The notes beneath the pieces are model-generated. The model was not told the origin of the DNA. It was given only the letters and a program-made list of their open reading frames with translations, and did not search any database. A stretch of 32,000 nucleotides of DNA from Pasteurella multocida (GTDB lineage: Bacteria; Pseudomonadota; Gammaproteobacteria; Enterobacterales; Pasteurellaceae), in assembly GCF_900187275.1 (NCBI RefSeq), contig NZ_LT906458.1:1770001-1802000 (forward strand), read 5' to 3'. Of this stretch, positions 20,711 through 32,000 are shown piece after piece. Within the stretch, counting starts at the first letter, position 1. Every line of letters starts with the position of its first letter. The position numbers and the translations under genes are program-made.

Positions 20711-20735
20711 TCCGAGATAAATTAACAAGGTTACT

Positions 20736-22625
20736 ATGTTTTATACTGAAAATTATGATGTTATTGTGATCGGTGGTGGACACGCAGGTACTGAAGCTGC
20801 ACTTGCACCGGCACGCATGGGACTCAAGACCCTATTATTAACCCATAATGTTGATACACTAGGGCAAATGTCTTGTAATCCTGCGATTGGTGGGATTGGT
20901 AAAGGCCATTTAGTCCGAGAAATTGATGCGATGGGCGGTTTAATGGCAACTGCTGCGGACCAAGCAGGAATCCAATTTCGTACCTTAAACAGCAGCAAAG
21001 GACCGGCGGTACGTGCTACACGTGCGCAAGCTGACCGCGTTTTATATCGCCAAGCAGTACGTATTGCATTAGAAAATCAAGAAAATTTAGATATTTTTCA
21101 ACAAGAAGTGACCGATATTATTTTAGATCAGGATCGTGTCTGCGGTGTTGTTACTAAAATGGGTTTAAAATTTCACGCAAAAGCAGTGATTTTAACAGCC
21201 GGTACTTTCCTTTCTGGTAAGATCCACATTGGTTTAGAAAATTATACAGGTGGACGCGCGGGTGATCCTGCTTCAGTGATGTTAGCCGATCGTTTAAGAG
21301 AACTGAATTTACGTGTAGATCGTTTAAAAACGGGTACACCGCCCCGTATTGATGCACGTACTATTGATTTCTCAATACTGGCTAAACAACATGGCGATGA
21401 AAAATTACCTGTCTTTTCCTTCATGGGATCTGTTGATCAACACCCACGTCAAATTCCATGTTTTATTACCCATACAAATGAACAAACGCATGAAGTGATC
21501 CGTAATAACTTAGATCGCAGCCCAATGTATGCTGGGATCATTGAAGGGATCGGTCCACGTTATTGCCCTTCTATTGAAGATAAAGTAATGCGTTTTTCTG
21601 AGCGTAATTCTCATCAAATCTACCTTGAACCTGAAGGGTTAACCAGTAACGAGATCTATCCAAATGGGATCTCCACCAGTTTACCTTTTGATGTTCAAAT
21701 GAAGATCGTTAATTCAATGAAAGGGATGGAAAAAGCACGCATTATCAAGCCAGGTTATGCAATTGAATACGACTATTTTGATCCAAGAGATCTCAAACCC
21801 ACTTTAGAAACAAAATCGATCCGTGGTTTATTTTTTGCTGGTCAAATTAACGGAACCACGGGTTATGAAGAAGCCGCAGGGCAAGGGTTACTGGCAGGAA
21901 TTAATGCTGGGTTATTTGTACAAGAAAAAGAAGCTTGGTTCCCACGTCGTGATCAAGCATATATCGGTGTTCTTGTTGATGATCTTTGTACTTTAGGGAC
22001 GAAAGAACCTTATCGTGTGTTTACGTCTCGTGCAGAATATCGCTTATTGTTGCGTGAAGATAATGCTGATAGTCGTTTAACACCAATTGCTCATCAATTA
22101 GGTTTAATTGATGAAAAACGTTGGGCAAGATTCAATCAAAAAATGGAAAATATTGAATTAGAAAGACAACGTTTACGCCAAATTTGGCTCCACCCACGTT
22201 CTGAATATTTAGACGAAGCAAATAAGGTCTTAGGTAGTCCATTAGTGCGTGAAGCCAGTGGGGAAGATTTATTACGTCGCCCAGAAATGAATTATCAGAT
22301 TTTAACTTCATTAACGCCATTCCAACCAGCAATGGATGATCAAGAGGCGGTAGAACAAGTAGAAATTGCGATTAAATATCAAGGTTATATTGAACATCAA
22401 CAAGAAGAAATTGCACGTCAAAAACGGCATGAAAGTACCGCGATTCCTGCTCATTTTGATTATACTGTCGTATCTGGTTTATCCAATGAAGTACGTGCTA
22501 AGTTAGAGCAACATCGCCCTGTTTCCATTGGACAAGCTTCGCGTATTTCTGGTGTAACTCCAGCGGCGATTTCAATTTTATTAGTAAGCTTGAAAAAACA
22601 AGGCATGTTAAAGCGTGGTGAATAA
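20736..22625 (+). CDS. mnmG: tRNA uridine-5-carboxymethylaminomethyl(34) synthesis enzyme MnmG (GidA)
   Basis: 629 aa; [62 protein letters not shown]. Confidence 0.99.
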   Translation: MFYTENYDVIVIGGGHAGTEAALAPARMGLKTLLLTHNVDTLGQMSCNPAIGGIGKGHLVREIDAMGGLMATAADQAGIQFRTLNSSKGPAVRATRAQADRVLYRQAVRIALENQENLDIFQQEVTDIILDQDRVCGVVTKMGLKFHAKAVILTAGTFLSGKIHIGLENYTGGRAGDPASVMLADRLRELNLRVDRLKTGTPPRIDARTIDFSILAKQHGDEKLPVFSFMGSVDQHPRQIPCFITHTNEQTHEVIRNNLDRSPMYAGIIEGIGPRYCPSIEDKVMRFSERNSHQIYLEPEGLTSNEIYPNGISTSLPFDVQMKIVNSMKGMEKARIIKPGYAIEYDYFDPRDLKPTLETKSIRGLFFAGQINGTTGYEEAAGQGLLAGINAGLFVQEKEAWFPRRDQAYIGVLVDDLCTLGTKEPYRVFTSRAEYRLLLREDNADSRLTPIAHQLGLIDEKRWARFNQKMENIELERQRLRQIWLHPRSEYLDEANKVLGSPLVREASGEDLLRRPEMNYQILTSLTPFQPAMDDQEAVEQVEIAIKYQGYIEHQQEEIARQKRHESTAIPAHFDYTVVSGLSNEVRAKLEQHRPVSIGQASRISGVTPAAISILLVSLKKQGMLKRGE

Positions 22626-23257
22626 TGACTAACCTTGAGCAACAACTTAGCCAAAAATTAGAAATTTTATTAAAACAGACCGCACTTTCGATAACCGATC
22701 AACAGAAAGAGCAGTTAATAAAATTGGTTTTATTATTAAATAAGTGGAATAAAGCCTATAATCTCACTTCTGTACGTGATCCGATGGAAATGTTGGTAAA
22801 GCATATCTTAGACAGTGTTGTGGTGAGCCCTCATTTACAAGGTAAACATTTTATTGATGTTGGTACAGGTCCTGGCTTACCGGGATTACCGCTTGCTATT
22901 GTTAATCCTAATAAACACTTTGTACTTTTAGACAGTTTGGGTAAACGAATTAGTTTTATTCGTAATGCGATTCGTGAGTTAGGCTTAGATAATGTTGAAG
23001 CCGTACTAAGCCGAGTTGAAGAATATCATCCAGAACAACCATTTGATGGTGTATTAAGTCGTGCTTTTGCTTCTTTAAAAGATATGACGGATTGGTGTCA
23101 ACATTTACCAAAACAAGATGGTTATTTTTATGCCTTAAAAGGGCTTTACCATCAAGAAGAAGTGGAAGAATTAAGTGAAAAGTTTACTATTCAACAGGTG
23201 ATTCGACTACAAGTGCCAGAGCTGATTGGAGAAAGACATTTAGTGATTGTTAAGTAA
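22625..23257 (+). CDS. rsmG: 16S rRNA (guanine(527)-N(7))-methyltransferase RsmG (GidB)
   Basis: 210 aa; [52 protein letters not shown]; 1-bp overlap with mnmG. Confidence 0.98.
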   Translation: MTNLEQQLSQKLEILLKQTALSITDQQKEQLIKLVLLLNKWNKAYNLTSVRDPMEMLVKHILDSVVVSPHLQGKHFIDVGTGPGLPGLPLAIVNPNKHFVLLDSLGKRISFIRNAIRELGLDNVEAVLSRVEEYHPEQPFDGVLSRAFASLKDMTDWCQHLPKQDGYFYALKGLYHQEEVEELSEKFTIQQVIRLQVPELIGERHLVIVK

Positions 23258-23394
23258 ACTTTAAAGGAATGTTTAAAAAATATAATTTTGTGATCTTGTT
23301 CACATATTTTAATTTCTAATAGTATTAAAACTAGCGTATAATCCACAGCAATTTTGTTTTTATTTATACTGTTTCAATGCAGTGAATACAGGTA

Positions 23395-24918
<1,524 letters not shown>

Positions 24919-24997
24919 TTATTGATTTGCGAATAGGTGCAAATAATTACTCTGTTACAGAGTAATATAAACAATGATTATATAAGGAGGAGTGGTT

Positions 24998-25468
24998 GTG
25001 AATTTAAATGCAACACTAATTGGTCAACTTATCGCGTTCGCAATTTTTGTTGCGTTCTGTATGAAATTTGTTTGGCCGCCAATTATTAAAGCGATTGAAG
25101 AGCGTCAACGTTCAATTGCAAATGCGTTAGCATCGGCAGAAGCGGCGAGAAAAGAGCAAGCAGATACGAAAGCTTTAGTTGAGCAAGAAATTACTGAAGC
25201 CAAAATGCAAGCGCAGCAAATTATTGATTTAGCGAATAAACGTCGCAATGAAATTTTAGAAGAAGTCAAAGTAGAAGCTGAAGCAACAAAAACGAAAATT
25301 ATTGAACAAGGTTATGCTGAAGTAGAAGCAGAGCGTAAACGTGTTCAAGAAGAATTACGTGTTAAAGTTGCATCGCTTGCGATTGCGGGTGCTGAGAAAA
25401 TTGTGGGTCGTACAGTTGATGAAGCGGCAAACAGTGACATTATTGATAAATTAGTTGCAGAACTATAA
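24998..25468 (+). CDS. atpF: F0F1 ATP synthase subunit b, GTG start
   Basis: (V)[36 protein letters not shown] aligns with E. coli AtpF MNLNATILGQ; AGGAGG 7 bp upstream of GTG 24998. Confidence 0.95.
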   Translation: MNLNATLIGQLIAFAIFVAFCMKFVWPPIIKAIEERQRSIANALASAEAARKEQADTKALVEQEITEAKMQAQQIIDLANKRRNEILEEVKVEAEATKTKIIEQGYAEVEAERKRVQEELRVKVASLAIAGAEKIVGRTVDEAANSDIIDKLVAEL

Positions 25469-25481
25469 GAAGGTTGGGCTT

Positions 25482-26015
25482 ATGTCAGAATTAACTACAA
25501 TAGCTCGCCCTTATGCCAAAGCAGCATTTGATTTTGCTATTGAGCAAAATACAGTAGAAAAATGGGCGAATATGTTGCATTTTTCATCCGAATTAATCAA
25601 AGATGAAACAATGCAAACTTTTCTAAAAAGCTCACTTTCTGCTAGTAAACTTGCCGATACAGTAATTTCAATTTGTGGCGAACAACTTGATCAATATGGG
25701 CAAAATCTTATTCGGTTAATGGCTGAAAATAAGCGTTTGGAAGTGCTTCCTGCTATCTATCAAGCATTTCAACATTATGTTGAAGAGCACCAAAAAGTAG
25801 CAGAAGTTCAGGTCATATCAGCACAACCATTAAATGCAACGCAAGAGCAAAAAATTGCTAGCGCAATGGAAAAAAGATTGGCTCGTAAAGTTAAATTAAA
25901 TTGTAGCTTAGATAGTTCACTGATCGCAGGTGTAATTATTCGTACAGATGATTTTGTTATTGATGGAAGTAGTCGCGGACAACTGTCTCGTCTAGCAAAT
26001 GAGCTGCAATTATAA
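25482..26015 (+). CDS. atpH: F0F1 ATP synthase subunit delta
   Basis: [28 protein letters not shown]...; start at 25482 behind the end of atpF. Confidence 0.95.
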   Translation: MSELTTIARPYAKAAFDFAIEQNTVEKWANMLHFSSELIKDETMQTFLKSSLSASKLADTVISICGEQLDQYGQNLIRLMAENKRLEVLPAIYQAFQHYVEEHQKVAEVQVISAQPLNATQEQKIASAMEKRLARKVKLNCSLDSSLIAGVIIRTDDFVIDGSSRGQLSRLANELQL

Positions 26016-26027
26016 GAGGAATAAAAA

Positions 26028-27569
26028 ATGCAACTAAATTCTACAGAAATTAGTGAATTGATTAAAAAACGCATTGCCCAATTCGATGTTGTGAGTGAAG
26101 CTCGTAATACGGGGACAATCGTTTCTGTGAGTGACGGAATTATCCGTATTCACGGTTTAAGTGAAGTGATGCAAGGGGAAATGATTGCATTACCAGGCAA
26201 TCGCTATGCGATGGCGCTTAACCTTGAGAGAGATTCTGTGGGTGCAGTAGTAATGGGACCTTATGCAGATCTTGCTGAAGGAATGGAAGTTCAATGTACA
26301 GGTCGTATTCTTGAAGTCCCAGTTGGTCGTGGCTTACTAGGTCGTGTCGTCAATACATTAGGTGAGCCAATCGATGGAAAAGGTGAGATCGAAAACGATG
26401 GTTTTTCACCAGTTGAAGTGATCGCACCAGGTGTTATCGATCGTAAATCGGTTGATCAACCAGTACAAACTGGTTATAAAGCGGTTGACTCCATGGTACC
26501 AATCGGTCGTGGTCAGCGTGAATTAATTATAGGTGACCGTCAAACCGGTAAAACGGCATTAGCCATTGACGCCATCATCAATCAACGTGATTCAGGTATC
26601 AAATGTATTTATGTTGCAATTGGTCAAAAAGCATCAACTATTGCTAACGTAGTACGTAAATTAGAAGAACATGGTGCCTTACAAAATACAATCGTTGTTG
26701 TTGCATCAGCATCAGAATCTGCTGCTTTACAATATTTAGCACCATATTCTGGTTGTGCGATGGGTGAATATTTCCGTGATCGTGGTGAAGATGCATTAAT
26801 CATTTATGATGATTTATCAAAACAAGCCGTTGCGTATCGTCAAATTTCATTATTATTACGTCGCCCACCAGGTCGTGAAGCATTCCCAGGGGATGTTTTC
26901 TATTTACACTCTCGTTTACTTGAGCGTGCTTCTCGCGTAAATGAAGAATATGTTGAGCGTTTCACGAATGGTGAAGTAAAAGGAAAAACGGGTTCTTTAA
27001 CCGCACTTCCAATTATTGAAACTCAAGCGGGTGACGTTTCTGCGTTCGTTCCAACTAACGTGATTTCGATTACTGATGGTCAGATTTTCTTAGAATCTAA
27101 TTTATTTAACTCAGGTATTCGCCCTGCGGTAAACCCAGGTATTTCGGTATCTCGTGTAGGTGGTTCAGCGCAAACTAAAGTAATTAAAAAATTAGCAGGT
27201 GGTATTCGTACTGCACTTGCACAATATCGTGAATTAGCGGCATTTGCTCAGTTCGCTTCGGATCTTGATGATGCAACACGTAAGCAATTATCACATGGTC
27301 AAAAAGTAACTGAATTATTGAAACAAAAACAATACTCTCCGTTATCTGTAGCACAACAAGCATTAGTGTTATTTGCAGTAGAGTTTGGTTACTTAGAAGA
27401 AGTGGACTTAGATCGTATTGGTTCATTTGAATCAGCACTTTTAGAGTATGCTAACCATAACTATGCTGATTTTATGCGTGAGTTAACCCAATCTGGCAAT
27501 TACAATGATGAAATTAAAGAGTCATTAAAAGGCATTTTGGATAGCTTCAAAGCAAACAGTGCGTGGTAA
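26028..27569 (+). CDS. atpA: F0F1 ATP synthase subunit alpha
   Basis: 513 aa; [18 protein letters not shown], canonical alpha subunit. Confidence 0.99.
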   Translation: MQLNSTEISELIKKRIAQFDVVSEARNTGTIVSVSDGIIRIHGLSEVMQGEMIALPGNRYAMALNLERDSVGAVVMGPYADLAEGMEVQCTGRILEVPVGRGLLGRVVNTLGEPIDGKGEIENDGFSPVEVIAPGVIDRKSVDQPVQTGYKAVDSMVPIGRGQRELIIGDRQTGKTALAIDAIINQRDSGIKCIYVAIGQKASTIANVVRKLEEHGALQNTIVVVASASESAALQYLAPYSGCAMGEYFRDRGEDALIIYDDLSKQAVAYRQISLLLRRPPGREAFPGDVFYLHSRLLERASRVNEEYVERFTNGEVKGKTGSLTALPIIETQAGDVSAFVPTNVISITDGQIFLESNLFNSGIRPAVNPGISVSRVGGSAQTKVIKKLAGGIRTALAQYRELAAFAQFASDLDDATRKQLSHGQKVTELLKQKQYSPLSVAQQALVLFAVEFGYLEEVDLDRIGSFESALLEYANHNYADFMRELTQSGNYNDEIKESLKGILDSFKANSAW

Positions 27570-27595
27570 GTTAACACTTTAAATGGAGAGACAAA

Positions 27596-29856
<2,261 letters not shown>

Positions 29857-29896
29857 TTGCTTCTGAAAGCAACTAATCAGGCTTGAAGGAGAAAAA

Positions 29897-30325
29897 ATGT
29901 CAGTATTTAACTTAACCGTAGTAAGTGCAGAGCAACAGATTTTTTCTGGTCAAGTAGAGAGTATTCAAGCAACAGGTATTGAGGGTGAACTGGGTATTTT
30001 AGCTGGTCACACCCCACTCCTTACGGCGATTAAACCCGGTATTGTGAAATTAACTCTTGAAGACGGAAAAGAAGAAGTGATCTATGTCTCGGGTGGTTTT
30101 TTAGAAGTTCAACCCAATGTGGTTACCGTATTAGCGGATACGGCGATTCGTGGTGATGAATTAGATGGCGATCGTATTTTAGCTGCTAAAAAACGTGCAG
30201 AAGAAAATATTCGTACGCGTCATGGCGATGCTAATTATGAAATGTTGGCGTCGAAACTGTCTAAAGAATTAGCGAAACTCCGTGCTTATGAATTAACGGA
30301 AAAATTAGTTAAAAATAAACGCTAA
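29897..30325 (+). CDS. atpC: F0F1 ATP synthase subunit epsilon
   Basis: 142 aa; [45 protein letters not shown]. Confidence 0.98.
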   Translation: MSVFNLTVVSAEQQIFSGQVESIQATGIEGELGILAGHTPLLTAIKPGIVKLTLEDGKEEVIYVSGGFLEVQPNVVTVLADTAIRGDELDGDRILAAKKRAEENIRTRHGDANYEMLASKLSKELAKLRAYELTEKLVKNKR

Positions 30326-30348
30326 TTTGACCGCACTTTAAATACCAA

Positions 30349-30377
30349 AAAGACCACATCATGTGGTCTTTCTTTTT
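30349..30377. terminator. Terminator at end of the atp operon
   Basis: AAAGACCACA-TCA-TGTGGTCTTT followed by CTTTTT. Confidence 0.85.
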
Positions 30378-30382
30378 CAATT

Positions 30383-30622
30383 TTATTTGCCTTTTTTTAC
30401 CCAATATTGAAAGGGAATATGTTCAATCTCACTTTTTAACAGTGTGTGTTCCATAAATTGACAAAAACTGGGAATATCTCTTGTTGTTGCTGGATCATCC
30501 GCGATAACTAATAAAACATCGCCTTCCTCTAAAAAACGGATGTGTTTTCTCACCAGCATAACTGGCTCAGGACAGCGTAGGCCTAATGTATCTAATGTTT
30601 GTGCTACCCTAATCTCATTCAT
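30383..30622 (-). CDS. tusA: Sulfurtransferase TusA
   Basis: 79 aa; [50 protein letters not shown], nearly colinear with E. coli TusA. Confidence 0.93.
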   Translation of the reverse strand: MNEIRVAQTLDTLGLRCPEPVMLVRKHIRFLEEGDVLLVIADDPATTRDIPSFCQFMEHTLLKSEIEHIPFQYWVKKGK

Positions 30623-30699
30623 TGATTTTTATCATTGGTTGGCTATATTTAGGCGGTATAATACACCAAACTCAAATTGCGTAAAAGTTCAATAAAACA

Positions 30700-31308
30700 A
30701 TGATTGAATATAAAATCCCAAAAAGTGCGGTCATTTTTGAAGAAGAAATCAAAAAAAGCCGTTTCATCACTTATCTTCAACATGTAGAAAACCTAACACA
30801 AGCAAAGGCATTTTGGCAACAAATCAAATCCCAACACCCTCAAGCACGTCATCATTGTTGGGCAACCATTGCTGGCGCGCCCAATGATTCACAACAATTT
30901 GGTTTTTCCGATGATGGCGAACCGGCTGGTACAGCGGGTAAGCCGATGTTGTCTGCTTTACAAGGCAGTAAGATTGGTGAAATTTGTGCTGTGGTTGTGC
31001 GTTATTATGGCGGCATTTTATTGGGAACGGGAGGGTTAGTCCGTGCTTATGGCAACGGTGTGCAACAAGCACTGACGTTATTAGAAACCGCAGTAAAAGT
31101 GCAACGTCAATCTTACAAAGTGCACTGTGATTATAGTCATATTAATGCGTTACAACTGCTTTGTGAAAAACAGGATGTGATGATCATAAATCAACATTTT
31201 GTTGATCGTGTAGCATTTGAGTTAGGGATCAGAGATGATAAACTGACAGCATTTGAACAAGCCTTAATTGAACGTTTTAGTGGACAGTTACAATTAGAAA
31301 GAGAGTAA
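30700..31308 (+). CDS. yigZ: YigZ/IMPACT family protein
   Basis: 202 aa; EIKKSRFITYLQHVENLTQAKAFWQQIKSQHPQARHHCWA, FSDDGEPAGTAGKPML, VVRYYGGILLGTGGLVRAYG. Confidence 0.93.
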   Translation: MIEYKIPKSAVIFEEEIKKSRFITYLQHVENLTQAKAFWQQIKSQHPQARHHCWATIAGAPNDSQQFGFSDDGEPAGTAGKPMLSALQGSKIGEICAVVVRYYGGILLGTGGLVRAYGNGVQQALTLLETAVKVQRQSYKVHCDYSHINALQLLCEKQDVMIINQHFVDRVAFELGIRDDKLTAFEQALIERFSGQLQLERE

Positions 31309-31311
31309 ATT

Positions 31312-32000
31312 TTGAGAATATTATCCATTATCCGTATTGTTGGCATTCTTGTGATGTGTTTTTCCCTCACCATGTTAGCACCTGCTTTTGTGGCATTACT
31401 CTATGGTGATGGAGGCGGTAAAGCGTTTATGCAGACTTTTGTAATGAGTGCTATTGTTGGTATGTTATTGTGGTGGCCTTGTCATCACCATAAAGAAGAA
31501 TTACGTTCTCGAGATGGCTTTTTAATTGTGGTGGCATTTTGGTTAGTACTCGGCAGCATCGGGGCCATTCCATTCATGTTGTTTGAGAAACCGCACCTGT
31601 CTTTTTCCTCGGCAATTTTTGAGTCATTTTCTGGCTTAACTACCACGGGTGCTACTGTCATCGAAGGTTTAGACCAACTTCCAAAAGCGATTTTATTTTA
31701 TCGACAGTTACTCCAATGGCTAGGCGGGATGGGGATCATTGTATTAGCGGTAGCGATTATTCCTTTATTAGGTATAGGTGGTACACAGTTATATCGTGCA
31801 GAGTCCTCCGGTCCTTTAAAAGAACAAAAATTACGCCCACGTATTGCTGAAGTAGCAAAACTTCTGTGGATTTTATATTTCTCTCTCACGGTTCTTTGTG
31901 CAATAGCGTATTGGTTTGCTGGCATGAATGCATTTGATGCCATTGGACACAGTTTTTCTACGGTAGCGAACGGTGGATTTTCAACCCATGATGCAAGTAT
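31312..32000 (+). CDS. trkH: Trk-type potassium uptake protein TrkH (3' end outside window), TTG start
   Basis: TTG AGA ATA TTA TCC...; [35 protein letters not shown]..., [37 protein letters not shown]; follows yigZ as in E. coli. Confidence 0.92.
   Translation, partial: MRILSIIRIVGILVMCFSLTMLAPAFVALLYGDGGGKAFMQTFVMSAIVGMLLWWPCHHHKEELRSRDGFLIVVAFWLVLGSIGAIPFMLFEKPHLSFSSAIFESFSGLTTTGATVIEGLDQLPKAILFYRQLLQWLGGMGIIVLAVAIIPLLGIGGTQLYRAESSGPLKEQKLRPRIAEVAKLLWILYFSLTVLCAIAYWFAGMNAFDAIGHSFSTVANGGFSTHDAS

Overview
This 32 kb window reads as Pasteurellaceae chromosome, most like Pasteurella: it carries 13 exact copies of the Haemophilus/Pasteurella-type uptake signal AAGTGCGGT/ACCGCACTT and typical gene content. 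Left to right: partial aminotransferase class IV-like ORF, ridA, NIPSNAP-like gene, PF10136 'site-specific recombinase'-family membrane protein, DUF4153 membrane protein, YbhB/PEBP gene, an HxlR-family regulator gene broken by a (GGAAAAT)6 heptanucleotide tract, a divergent NAD(P)H/FMN reductase, a CydDC-like heterodimeric ABC exporter, a DMT permease, gyrB, a sulfide/persulfide oxidation cluster (Tat-type sulfide:quinone oxidoreductase, small membrane protein, metallo-beta-lactamase persulfide dioxygenase-like, rhodanese-TM, ArsR/BigR-like sensor), glpX, zapB, mioC, a likely oriC (DnaA boxes plus 14 GATC sites), mnmG, rsmG, atpIBEFHAGDC, tusA, yigZ and partial trkH. The strongest candidate for something undescribed is the heptanucleotide tract in the HxlR gene. 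Its unit is not a multiple of 3, six copies put the gene out of frame, and 2, 5 or 8 copies would restore it. This suggests a phase-variable transcription factor controlling itself, ybhB and/or the divergent oxidoreductase. No tRNA, rRNA, CRISPR array, prophage or IS element was recognised.
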